A stretch of 64,000 bases of DNA from Torpedo marmorata (GCA_977017645.1 OZ360239.1:7688001-7752000); one strand, 5' to 3'; positions 47,366-60,754 are shown, counted from the first letter of the stretch. Notes: generated by a model not told the origin, from the sequence alone. A program made the numbers and translations.

Positions 47366-50300
47366 TTTTTTGTAAAACATAGTATTAATTACTATGTTTT
47401 ACAATAACTATTAAGTGTGTACAAATCAAATAGTCGCTAGAAGTGATTATCTGAACAAAAATAAACTATTCATTGTGATGATCTTACTCTGATAATCCTC
47501 AACATTAATCGGAAGAAACCGACAAGTTAGTGAATCTTCGGAGCTTACGTTTAAGCCTGTGTTTATTTATCACAGTGCACCTATGGAGAGTTGCAAAACA
47601 AGAACACTTTGGAAGAGATCGATACATATAGTTTATATGTCAAAGGAATCAAAGGCTAGGAGGATAGTGCGGAAACGTGGCGCCGATGTAGAAGAGCAAT
47701 GATCTCATAGAATCGTGAAGCTGTCGCGAGGAACCGAATTGCCTATTACTTCGATTTCTTCGATTTTTTTCTCTGGTTGCTATTTTTATGATTAAAAATC
47801 TAAAGGATATGTACAAACGTATATGCAGATAAAAGTGAAAACACAGAAATGCTGGAGGAACTCAGCAGGTCTCGCAGCGTCCACAGCACGTTCACATACA
47901 GATAAAAGTAATTGGTTATTTACACAAATCGTCTTTTCTTCGGTTATAAATGTATCATGTATAGTTAATGTTTAATTGTAGTTCTGGTATAAAAACAAAA
48001 TTAGAAGCACTTCCCAGCTGCAAAATACATCACAATATATAAATTAGTTTACCCTTTTTTTGCGAATTTCAAACTTTAATCAGAGATCACGGTGAACATG
48101 AAGCAATACTGCCACGCTCGATTCATTTTGTAAATTGGACATATTTAAACAAAAACTATCAGTGAATAAATACTAGTTTGTTCAACAAGCGCCTGTGGAC
48201 TGATTTTCACCACAAATCATCTTACGGGTTGAACAGTTCAGAACCGCGTTGAATGCGGCGGGACAAGGCGACAATGAAGTTTTCCCGTGGGACGATTCTT
48301 TGGGGAAAGGGAGTCATTTAGGAGAAAATTGGAACTACAAAACCACCACAGGCCTGAGTTTTATCGCATTTTTTTTTTAAATGGAAGACCTTCGAAAAAA
48401 CCGACGCCTTCAACTTAATCTCCCTCTTATTTGCGTTTCCTTCGACGGTTTAAACGCAGACTTGGAATAAGGGAATTAAAGGCGCTAAATTTATAAAGCG
48501 CCCACACAAAATATCGACTTATTTTTTAAAAAATATTGTTTCGATTATAATGCCCTCAAAGCAAACTCAAGCTGCTTACTGGGGATGGTGGGGATGGCGA
48601 ATATCGGGAACATCGCGGCTGTAATTATCCCACTCTCTCCAAAACTGAGAGGATTAACTGGAAACAGTCGCCGTAATTGAGAAGGGCGGCTTTATTGGGA
48701 CCGGTTCAATATTAAGAATAAAAAATGTATGAACAAATGCAGTTGTTTAAATAGAATTCCAATCATCGTTGATGCCTCCACGATTCAATACGCATTATCG
48801 CTGTTCAAAAAATAATAAAGGAAGTGTCGTATAATTCACCCACAATATAAACTACTCAATCCACTTCAATCATAATAACCACCATCCTTGCTCATTGAAT
48901 TGTTTATATTTCTGTAATCTACTGTCTTTTAAAACTTGAGATTAGTGCTATCTTATCAACAGCTGTTCCATCCGCCCCATTTCTTTAAAACAGCTGCCGT
49001 AAATATGAGAAACGCGAATTAGAAACAATATTGTTTCGAGTACGTATGTAACTTTTGGGTGGCGGCAGCTCGGTTTGCGCGAGTCTTCTCGCAAGATCGG
49101 AAACAGCCGATGGAATTAGTAAAGTGGCTGTGGTAATGGTGCTTCTCGCTCCGTTTCATTCATAAAATAACACGCATGCTTAAATTAAAACAGCGAGAGT
49201 GCGGGGAGCTTCGTACGCGTGGAAGCTTCCACTGTATCTCAGCTTCCTTAACACCAGTAAAGAACTGGGATAAATCTAAAGATATCTCTTTGTTCCTCTC
49301 TGTAACTCAACCCGCACTCAGCAATCAGAAGCAGATTACCACGATGATATCATTAGGAAGAGCTATTTCCGAACGCGGATGTTTCCTTTGCAAAATAATA
49401 TTTAAATAATATTTACATGTCGGTTAATTTCGCAATGCCTCAATTTCTCGGGCAATTGCAATCCGAAATATCAAAAGCATTTTCCGACACTAAACCTACG
49501 AGCTCTGTGAAGTATGGCCAAAACTGAACTCTTGTTGCTAGAAATTAGTCGGTAATTTCACTAACCGCTATTCTATTAATCATTTCAATTATTTGCAAGA
49601 GCTGAAGCCGCTAAACTAGTCGCTTCTTCATTCAAGAGTTCTGTTAAAACACGAATTACCATGATGGTCGTCAGGACTCAGGCCTGTCAGCAAACGCATT
49701 AGTTCATTAATGCTTTTCAGGATTGGTAAAGCGCTGGGGATCAAACAATTTGGGCGGATTCTAACCAGAGACAATGTAATTAGATCCCATTGCAATTTTA
49801 CCACAAAAATTAGGAAACGGATTGGTGGGTACTGGCAGTTTAAAGAATCAATCATTGACGGGAAACCATTAATAATATTAATTCATGTAGCGTCTGATCA
49901 TTTATTTAAACTTATGCTATTTGCCAGCATGGACGAGTTGGGCCGAGTCGTGCTGTACAACTCTGAGACTTCAAACAAGAATTTTCTTTATTTTTTCTCT
50001 CTCTCTCCGAATTTATGGCGGCATTTGCTCTTGTTTCAAACGTTCACTCGCTTTTCCTTAAACACGCGTGATTTGCATATGGTTAGGACCTGTTGGAATC
50101 AGAAGTAATTTCAAAAGCCTGCATCCTGCCAAACCGCAAACTACCGATAACAGGAGCGCAGAGGCACTTAGGGCAGATACTGTAACACCTCTTTCCTCTG
50201 AAACACCTCCCTCCATTCATTCCTTCAACTGAACTGGGAACTACAACCTCAAACTTTGGGCGAGTTCCCAGATGAACGAGCACGAGCACGACTGTCGATC

Positions 50301-52719
50301 TATTCATTCGGAGTATAATTTAACTAATTACCATGAATATAGAAAGGGTACAGTTACAGTAATGGTTATAAAAGGTTGCAGTGTCGGTGCACGCAAAGAA
50401 GATCAATTTAATTGATACGTGCGTTTGACAGTTTCCACCAGCACTTTTTAAGACATCAGTATTTAAGTGATGGAAAAAAGTATTTAAAGCATGTATCATA
50501 TAGGGTAGTCCCACAGAACTAAAGAGTCGTTTTTAAATCGCCCCTTTTTCATTTGTTTGCAAAATAAATTGTGGAAAGCAATTACTTTAATCCACTATTA
50601 TCTATTTAGAATCTCGCAAACCGATGAATTAGGATTTACTTAAAACTATTTAAAGAGCAATCTGATAGAGGTTCACCTGCCTTGTTGTTTTACCGTGAGC
50701 CGTTTTGGAGCAAGTTTTATTGCGCACACTATATGACCTCCTTTAAGTAAGCATTTAATAGGATCATAGATTTTTTTAAAAATATTTTATTTAAAATTTT
50801 TAATCACACGATAGTAGATTTGATTTGATGAGTTCCAGTTTCGCAATCAGAATACAAATTGTAAACATATTTCAAAGTTACTTTCGCAGCCCCAGTACAT
50901 GTGCCACTATCGATAATACAACTCCTTTGCACATTCCGATTTCTGTGCTCCGGGAAAAAGAATTTGTGTGACGGGTTGTTTCGAATATTTTAGTCCTCCG
51001 GAATCACACAGCTAATTTTTATCAACTTCCATCGTACTTTTTTTTTGTCTTGTAAACCCCGCTTTTACCTTTTGCATTTAACGCTAAGGCGCAAAAAAGA
51101 GTAAAATAAAAGAAACGAGTTGCAATCTTTTCAGTTTTAAATCTTACGAGCAGTTCATTCGCCTCTATTTTACGAGCCTCTGTTTAAAAAGGACAGAGGT
51201 TCGTTTTACTATCTTTGCATAATTAATGTTGTTTTTCCCTCGTGTGGTAATTTAATTTCAATTTACTGTTTGTTAGTGTATTGTACGCACCTGTGCAGTT
51301 ACAGCAAGAGGAATTTCAGTACATTTGTACACTGTACTTGTGTGTATGACAATAAAGTCTTATCGTCATTGTTCGGAACCGCGACCATTGGAGTTGCGAC
51401 CAAGGTGCTGCGTTGTTTCCAACAGTCATCAAACGGGACATTACAAATCGAGGTCTTCTATTCATCCATACATGCCTTTCTCAATGTATCCTTTCCAAAT
51501 CACTGCATTTTAACGATCAAAGTTTGTAGCTGGCCAACCGAGCGAACAGATTACTCTCAATTATGAATCTTCTCCCAATAGTCTGGATTGCCAATTTCCC
51601 AGTCAGAAATCTTCGCATATTTAACAATTAATACAGACGTGGGTTTAAATCAACATTTAACGAAATTTAGGAATGCTTCCTGTGCTGATTTTTAATTCGC
51701 TTTGGGTGCGAATAAAATCCCAATAAAAGCAGCGACCGTTCCTGGAGCAGCGATGAATGCCAGCAACATATTACATTACGCCTGCTTCCATCTGACTCCC
51801 AGGCTTTCGTTTAAATCGACATTTAATAGGCCCATCACGTGATGGTTGTCAAATTATAAATTGTTAAAGCTATTGGAAGTTACTTTATTAATCTGACAAT
51901 ATTTATACGTCGACTCTGCCTGCGACGTGTTAACTAGATCTTTCCGAATATAAATAGTAGCGTGGCTTTAGATTTCTTCAATCAGTTTCACAACTCAGGG
52001 GAAGTATCTCAATATTGTACAATCTCTATTGCCTGTGCTTGTCTTTTAAAGCCGATAAGCTCTGTTTATTAATATCTTATCACGTGAAAGACGCCCATCT
52101 ACTTCAATTAAAATTCCTACAGCTAACAGTGCTGGTGGTGTTGGCCGACAGGATCTGACACTCTCAAGGCTGACTTTCCGCTATGGACCAACTACGGAAT
52201 CGTCGGAGATTTGGCAAGACCCTTCACACACTAAGAAGCGAAGGGGTTTCAAGAGAAAGTGAGAAAGAGAGCAGTTAAGCGACCGATAAACCCCAGTTTT
52301 AAAAAAAGAGATAGAGCGACTGCAGATAACATAATCGCCAAGTAGGTTCGGGTAGCCTGCTATATATAAACCAGCTTTGAATAGAACATTGGTGGTTTAA
52401 AAAAAAAGTAAAGGGAACAGGAAGCTCCTAGTGTTTACGGTATTCATTGTAATGGGATTTCAGAGGCCTCATTTATATCTGTTAAAGTGCGGTAGTTTAT
52501 CCAAACTGCTGATCTTCCAACTGACTTAATAACAACACACACAGATATGCAGCTGTGAAACATATCAGACGAAAGAACTCGGTGAAAGGCTCAGGCCCGA
52601 AAGGGCGACTGCCCTTTACTTCCTCTGGATGCTGCGTGACCTGCTGAATTTCTCCGCCACGTTTGTGTACAGAACTCGATGGTAACAGGGTTCCGTTTAG
52701 AACCTTACTGTTTCGACTC

Positions 52720-53550
52720 NNNNNNNNNNNNNNNNNNNNNNNNNNNNNNNNNNNNNNNNNNNNNNNNNNNNNNNNNNNNNNNNNNNNNNNNNNNNNNNNN
52801 NNNNNNNNNNNNNNNNNNNNNNNNNNNNNNNNNNNNNNNNNNNNNNNNNNNNNNNNNNNNNNNNNNNNNNNNNNNNNNNNNNNNNNNNNNNNNNNNNNNN
52901 NNNNNNNNNNNNNNNNNNNNNNNNNNNNNNNNNNNNNNNNNNNNNNNNNNNNNNNNNNNNNNNNNNNNNNNNNNNNNNNNNNNNNNNNNNNNNNNNNNNN
53001 NNNNNNNNNNNNNNNNNNNNNNNNNNNTTCCCGGCGCAGCGCAAGCACCTATTTCTACACACANNNNNNNNNNNNNNNNNNNNNNNNNNNNNNNNNNNNN
53101 NNNNNNNNNNNNNNNNNNNNNNNNNNNNNNNNNNNNNNNNNNNNNNNNNNNNNNNNNNNNNNNNNNNNNNNNNNNNNNNNNNNNNNNNNNNNNNNNNNNN
53201 NNNNNNNNNNNNNNNNNNNNNNNNNNNNNNNNNNNNNNNNNNNNNNNNNNNNNNNNNNNNNNNNNNNNNNNNNNNNNNNNNNNNNNNNNNNNNNNNNNNN
53301 NNNNNNNNNNNNNNNNNNNNNNNNNNNNNNNNNNNNNNNNNNNNNNNNNNNNNNNNNNNNNNNNNNNNNNNNNNNNNNNNNTTCCCGGCGCAGCGCAAGC
53401 ACCTATTTCTACACACACACACCGACACGCACACGCGCGTACACACACACACACACACACACACGCCGACACACACTCACACACACTCGTACTCACACAC
53501 ACACTCACACACTCCCACACATTCTCACACACACGCACACACTCACTCAC

Positions 53551-53628
<78 letters not shown>
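52720..53628. repeat. (CA)n-rich tandem repeat, partly N-masked, period ~354 bp
   Basis: Identical spacer TTCCCGGCGCAGCGCAAGCACCTATTTCTACACACA at 53028 and 53382, followed by degenerate then pure (CA)n. Confidence 0.8.
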
Positions 53629-53629
<1 letters not shown>

Positions 53630-55648
53630 ATGCTTTATGAGAGCAAATATATTACCGGAGCTCTAACACGATGCCGTCATAAGGGGGTAAATAATTAATA
53701 GACTTTGTGGATCTACATCTATGAACGACCAGGTCATCATTTTTGCATTTTATACGAGGAATAGTATCTTCTCCGATGTGACCCACGTTTCGGATGTGCG
53801 AAAAGAGCAAGGTTCCTTGTTTCAGAGTAATATTGCAAATACCAAGCAGACGGAATGCATGTTAAAGTTTTCCACTGTGTCTCGCTACACGTGTTATTGC
53901 ATTATTCTGTAAGGGCGATGGAGACTTGCTATCCTTTATCCCTTACAGACGCCATTCCAAACAACACGAGTAAAGATGTTTCAATTCATGTTGTTTATTC
54001 TGCGGATACATGAGCATCCGGGGCCTTTAAATGATTTTTCTCCCTCCCTTCCAACAGTATAAACAAAAATTCTCACTGCCTCGCTGCGGTCAGCTGGTAA
54101 TAAATCACAGGACACTTTTTGCTGGGAAAAAGTCTGTTGCCGAGAGCTTTCCGCGTTTTTGCTGTCATGCGATTAGGAACTTTTTTTTTCCGCTCTATTA
54201 TTTCCGAACCGAGCCGCGCTGTTTCCAAATTCTTGAAAATCGAAACTGTAAGAATTGAACCTCGTGTTGTCTAACTTCCTAAATATAAATTACCAGCGAA
54301 TTTATAAATATCATGCTCGTAATCATAGTCGTCACAATATATACTGCTACCTAATCGTGATATCTATTTATGTGTGCGCGCAAAGCTGTGTTTGTGTCTG
54401 TAAATATGTAAATATATGCGATAAATATATGTAAATATATGTTTGTATGTATGTGCGTTTGCGCCAGTAAGTAAATATATAATGTATACGCACAGAGAAG
54501 TTTATGTTGCTAAATACATAATCTACCTAATTGTTTGTGGGTCTGTGTATAAATACATCGATACTAGCATGGATCCGTGGATATATATATAATTTGCCCC
54601 AATGTTTCAGTGCGCCTGTACAGAAAAGTGAATGGGCGCTAATTTTACCGTCGTACATAATAGTTATTGGATCTTGGAATCACCATTTGCGATGCAATGA
54701 GACCAGGCGATAAAAATGCCCTTTCTGTTTAAAATAATTTCCCTTAATTTTATTCATGCCAATCTTCCCCTCGGCAATAATCACTAATTAAACAAATTTA
54801 AAAATAGGAGTAATCTTTAAAAAAAAGTATAGTGGTACAACTACCGGTATATGGATCTACAGAACATGTACTCAAAAGCAAAGCCGCTCAGCGAAATTAG
54901 TGATCAGGGTAACTGAGGTGATTTCAGATACTTTAAACTAACTAACTAACCTTTCAATTACATTGTAAACATTTGTTATTTTCCAACAACCAGCAACGTC
55001 TTCAATTTTATCAGCGCACAATGAGACCTATAATATCAAATACCTCAGCAATAATCACAATATCCTCCCCCCCCCCCAATAAATATGGGTTCTGTGAGCG
55101 ATACCGTTTGTGGTGTTTTCACTTGATTTCTCTTCCAACGTTGGGAGATGCGGCCGATCATCTCTTGGCTGGATAACGCGGAGTCGTCGTATTATCAGGG
55201 ATCCCTACGGCACTTGCATGTGTGCATCCTTTACCTGGCTCAGAGGGGTGTGTAAAAAAAGCAAAGAGGAAAGCTACACCTGTCACATAACTCGGCGCCA
55301 CTGGCAAATGCTTGGACGCTACTGAGACTCCGGCAGAAGACGGCTTGATAATCCCCATCCGCTTGCCATCAACAATATCTTGTTTAGATTGAAAACTCCG
55401 CGCTCTTCACGGCGCTTCTACCCCAGACTGTTAGTGCAGACAAATAGCTTTTGTCTTTAAATGGAGAAATCGAGACACGAGCTATTTTTTTCCATGATGC
55501 AATACCTCGCCGACAGTCTACAACCTTTGGTAAAGAAACAATAGAAATAAGTACTTCTTCCCCCCTGCCTCTAATGCACCCCAACCTCCCCAAAATGTTT
55601 CGTTTTACCATGGCGTTGCAGAGACCTGAACAGTATGCACAACAGTAC

Positions 55649-55791
55649 AGGAGTAAAACACGAAAGTCTGCAGACACGGTGATTGAAGTAAAAACACAAT
55701 GCTGGAGAAACTCAGCAGGTCAAACAGTGTCTTTTATGTTGCAAAGATAAAGATACATAACCGACGTTTCGGGTCTGAGCCCTTCATCAAG
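55649..55791 (-). mobile_element. Penelope-terminus mini-element (143 bp) with hammerhead-like motif and 12-bp TSD
   Basis: Minus strand starts CCTTGATGAAGGGCTCAGACCCGAAACGTCGGTTATG; TSD GCACAACAGTAC at 55637-55648 and 55792-55803. Confidence 0.92.
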
Positions 55792-58499
55792 GCACAACAG
55801 TACTTATGCATTAATCTATTAACATATACAGGTAATATTAATTAACAGGACATTGTTGATGAGGTTGGGGGTCCATACTGGTTTCGTCACCTTTTCACGT
55901 ATTTTACCTGATCCTCCACCACTATATGTACAAAACTGTCCATAATCTGCAAAGATAAACCGGCACAGTTGAAATAATCTCAAGTATAGGCGTTACAAGT
56001 TTTTAACTTCTCCCTATCAATTCCGACAAGCACTACAATTAAGAGTTTAAGGGGAAAGCGTATTTTAATTTAATCCACCCTCTTTATTTGTAAATTGTTT
56101 TGCGAATAGAACGGGGTTATTGGAGGCACAGGAGGGACCTGCAGATGCTGGAATCTGGAGCAGTTGTTCGATATTTCCTTGTCTCGCCTCAAACACATGA
56201 AAGATCCAACAACTGGCTTTTATGAATATACATGCAAATAAAAAAATAGGGCTGCAATCCCGAAGACGAGGTGGGTAACGTTGAGGCGTTTAAAAGGTCC
56301 CACGCGGTGGAGTTGGCAATGATTAAAAAAAATAGTACTGAACTTTCGCGGTCGTAATAAATCACGCCGAAAGATGCGCTATATGTTCATGGGAAGATTG
56401 TTCTGAATGGAGTCACGTCTATTAATCTTTATTTTTTAAATCCGCTTGGACCAGTGTAAATCTGTGGGACATCGCGTAACCAGCTTTGCGTGTATCCTGT
56501 TTGGAGAAACAGAGAACTATTACAACAAACTTCACGAACAGCAATGACGAGTGCTCAGAAGAATGAAGATGCTCTTCTTAGCAAATGTGAACTTAAACGC
56601 AGAATAATAAATCGATCCTGTCCGCCTGCTGCGACAGGCCCTGATAACAAATGTTAGCGAATTCTCAATTCCCCGCTCTCCAGGCTAACTCATGACACAC
56701 ATATAATCCTTCCAACGATCATTGTTTCCATTCTAATGGACGTGTTTGTCCGTCAGCTCACAGCTTCCAGAGAAGCGCATGTTAAAGTGAAATAGAACCA
56801 AATTCCATATAGAAAATTGTTCTCATTCCTCACGGAGTCCGGAATCTCCACGTCAACAACCCGTCAGATTTGGCAGGAACTTTTGGAAAATTGATGTGTG
56901 CTAACAAACTTCAATAATTCATAGAGGCGACTCCTTCAAAAACATGGATATCCTCAGAATTTCCACGCGGCCATTCGGCCCACGAGCCCTCGCCTATCAT
57001 CAGCGCCCATCAACAATAATCCTGCACGTGGCTGCCGAACGATTGCAAGAACTGGTAATAGGTTAAACTCCACGAAAATTCTTTCCCAGCATATGTACGT
57101 TTATAGATGTGGCGAATTTATAGCGAATAAGAATTTGTTTGGAATTTGATTTTGTTTTCCATTTTATTCTCCTCCGGTTAGTTTAATGTAATTTAGCGAT
57201 GTATGGTCGAATTATTTAATGCATGATTGTTGAGCTTCAGTCAGGGTTAAACAATCATATAATTTGAACTAGCAGCTCTTGATTATATTTTTTGCTCGTT
57301 TTAATGTCCAGGGGGTTGAAAGAAGTGTGTTCCCGCTAACATCTCTGATCTGAATGGCACACCTGCAAAATTTAGGTTTTGAGCCGGTTAATACATTACA
57401 TTTGATTTATTCTGCCTGTTATTACATCCTTTACTGGAATTCTGGTTCTTTATTGTGTACAGTACTTCTATCACCCATGGGTGTGCGTTTAAATATTTGG
57501 TTGCACGCTTTTAGGAGCGCGAGAAAATGATTAGAAATTGCCCGGTCAACAGTTGAAATCTGACTTCCGAGGAGACAAAACATGTCCGAAATCCCAACAA
57601 ACCGGCGTTTCAACATCTGTCGAATGATGGCTGACAAATATAATCTCTGTGTTATAGCCTTGATGTTACGTTTCACGTTTCAACCCTATCTTTCAAATCA
57701 TATCCCTGAGCCGTGAACTTCTCACAATATCCATTTACAGTGATCCGGCCCAGAGCTGCCATCGGCATGGATAAATTGGAAACATGGTTGGATAAAGCGA
57801 GGGTTCATCTGTAGGCAGCAAAGAACTGTTGATGTTAAATAAAAAGCAAATTCGGGAATAAAATATTCTGAAGGATAAAAGTGACCTTTCACAGAAATTG
57901 CACGTTGCAAATAAACCACTAGGAATGTAACGATCGTGCATTTCTGTAGCGTGTTGAATTTGAGATTCGCAGCGGGGTTATACTGTGTGGGTGGACAATT
58001 AATTCCAAGGGCTTTCGGAATCCCGTGAAAGTCCAGGAGGGACCCAACCTTCGGTGGCATGCCTCAGCCGGGTGAAGGCTGAGTTATTTTTAATCTCTGA
58101 ATCCGTCAATATTTGCTCTAGAAAATCAACATGCCCACATACACAGACTTTCTTCGAATGATAGAAATATGTGTGCCATCACGGACTTTTTAAAATTCCA
58201 TTTGTAGCCCTATTTGAAATGTCTTCCAGAATATTATTTTAACATCAGCTGAATATTGCGATTTAACATAAAGAGAACATTGTGATTAATAACAGGATTG
58301 GATAGTTTGTCTATTTTATGTGGAGCAGAATATTGGTATACATGGCGCAACCTAAAGAAAATAGCGACAGGAAGCCCCAATAACACGTTGCCCATGACTG
58401 CCGATGGAATTACTGTTAATAAAAAATTAAAAAATAAATATAACTATATAAACACACACATACATAAATCAATAACTCTATAACACGGGAGATATGTAC

Positions 58500-58710
58500 A
58501 CAAGTTAGACGCCGATTGCGGCCATTGAAACCCGTGCCGCCTAATTACACCCAATTAACCTACCAACCCCGTACGTTTTTGGAGGGTGGGGGGACCGGAG
58601 CACCCGGAGAAAACCCACGCAGGTCATGGGGAGAACATACAAACACCTTCCCAGCCAGCGCCGGATTCGAACCCGAGTCACTGGCGCTTGTAATCGCTTT
58701 GCGCAACACC
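58500..58710 (-). mobile_element. V-SINE
   Basis: Reverse complement of the family, B box GGTTCGAATCC. Confidence 0.8.
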
Positions 58711-58821
58711 AAATTGTGCCCGGATTTGGTCGGGAATCGGAACTTCCTAAAACCCCGCCCTTCATTTAGAGGGAATATCTTTCCCAGTTACTTCCAAAGA
58801 CAATTCTCCATAAACTAGTAA

Positions 58822-58950
58822 CCCAGTCTCGACGAAGTGTCCCGGCCCGAAACGTCGGCTGACCATTTCTACCAATTGCCTGACCTGCTGAGTTCCCTCG
58901 GCTTCACAATGTTTGCTCGAGATTCCAGCATCTGCAGTTTTTGTGTTTCT
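58822..58950 (+). mobile_element. Penelope terminus (older subfamily)
   Basis: CAGTCTCGACGAAGTGTCCCGGCCCGAAACGTCGGCTG..GACCTGCTGAGTTCC..GATTCCAGCATCTGCAG. Confidence 0.8.
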
Positions 58951-59404
58951 CTCTTTTTCAACCCAACTCCTCATTGGAAGGAAGAGGTGGTGCCTGTTAA
59001 CGTGGATTCCCTGTGCAAATGAATCCATCAAAACATTTCGAATGTTGTTCATTTTTTCAAACGAAATCTTCAAGGACCTCCAGAGAGAGTAAAACACAAA
59101 TTGGGAGCAGACCAATCTGTTTTATGCACATTTGCCAATTGATGCCAAGAAGAACCAGGTTACTCATGAATAGAGTGGCCTTTCCATTCTTGCAATTGGG
59201 TGTATGTGTTTAGAATTAAATTGCAACCTCGGGTAGGCGACACGAAGACACAAACTACCCACCCGCCCGTTTTGTAGGAAACATCCCGTCCCCCCATGTG
59301 AGTGGAAAGAAAAAGTTTGAAGACCACTGTTCATAATTCCAAAGGAAATGGGCCAATGACAATTTTTCTCAAGCAAAATATTTCAGTAACAATTGGGTCC
59401 AGAG

Positions 59405-59535
59405 CAGTGGTTCTCAACCTTCCCTTCCCACTCACATACCACCTTAAGTAATCCCTTACTAATCACAGAGCCGTTATGGCATAGGGATTGCTTAAGGTGG
59501 AATGTGAGTTTAGGGGGGCAGTTTGAAAACCACTG
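59405..59535. mobile_element. hAT/Charlie-like MITE (family of 1432-1594)
   Basis: CAGTGGTTCTCAAC...TTTGAAAACCACTG; shares CACTCACATACCACC.TAAGTAATCCCTTACTAA. Confidence 0.85.
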
Positions 59536-59549
59536 CTCTAAATCCATAG

Positions 59550-60268
59550 ATCTCTCAAGTTTGCAGCGCAGCTTGATAGGGTAGTTAAGAAGGCTTATGA
59601 CGTGCCAGCCTTCATTAGTCGGGGGATTGAGTTCAAGAGACATGAGGTAATGTTGCAGCTCTATAAAACTCTGGTTGGACCACACTTGTGGTTCTGGTCG
59701 CCTCATTATAGGAAGATTGTGGAAGCTATGGAGAGGGTGCAGAGGAGATTTGCCAGGATGTTGCCTGGATTGGAGAACATGTCTTATGAGGGCAAGGTTA
59801 ACAACGCTAGGGCTTTTCTCCTTGGAGTGAAGAAGGAGAAGAGATGACTTAATTAAATCTTCAAGGACCTCCAGAGAGAGTAAAATACAAATTGGGAGCA
59901 GAATGCGGTCTACTAGATTATGAGAGGCATAGATAGGGTGGACAGCCAGCACCTTTTTTTTTGGGCGACAGTAGCAAACAACAGAATACATCTGTACAAG
60001 GTGAGGGGAGGAAAGTTTAGGGGAGATGTCAGGGGTATGTTTTTTACACAGAGTGGTGGGTGCCTGGAATGCATTGCTGGGGGTGGTGGTGGAGGCTGGT
60101 ACAATAGGGGCGTTTAAAAAACCCGTAGGCAGGCACATGGATACTAGAACAATAGAGGGTAATGGGTGTGAGGGAGGAAAGGTTCAGATTGTTGAGAAAG
60201 TTTATATCAGTCGGCACAACATCGTGGGCCGAAGGGCCTGTACAGTCCTGGGATGTTCTATGTTCTAA
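59550..60268 (+). mobile_element. CR1 3' fragment
   Basis: AFISRGIEFKRHEVMLQLYKTLVGPHL..WSPHYRK..AMERVQRRFARMLPGLE; tail GGGCCGAAGGGCCTGT..TGTTCTATGTTCTA. Confidence 0.9.
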
Positions 60269-60754
60269 CTCCATTGAAGATCATTGAATGTATTAAATTC
60301 CGAACACATTCAACAATATGATGGTGTTTCAAAATAATGGATTATTTTGGAGTTTCTTTTTTGGATTATCGCAATTATTTATCGGGTGTAGAGTTCTGAG
60401 GGATTTCGCAGCGATAATCCGTTGTGGGTTCACTTTCATTGTTTGCATAAAACCTGGATTACGATCGCTTTTTTTGTTACTAACCCACTGAATTTTTGTG
60501 TCAGGACAATAGAGCGATGCGGAACATCGATGTGTCTGTTTCAAATCATCAGGTCGCCGTTGTTAGATAACGTGGAGAGATGGGATGGGGAGAGCAGGAC
60601 TAAACATGACTACACGACTCAAGAGTGAAACGTTGGACCAATAAGTTAAAAAAAAGTTATTAGAACTGAGGACATCGAATTCAACTGAAATCTGGTCTGG
60701 ACACTAAATGTGAGTGCCTCAATAAGAGGGTCCCGACTCAATACGTCAACTGAC

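Noticed and set aside
53028-53420. CRISPR-like repeat-spacer pattern
   Set aside because: Eukaryotic DNA, only two visible repeats, separated by masked microsatellite, no cas genes.
59383-60138. 251-aa minus-strand ORF
   Set aside because: Antisense to a CR1 fragment and a MITE.
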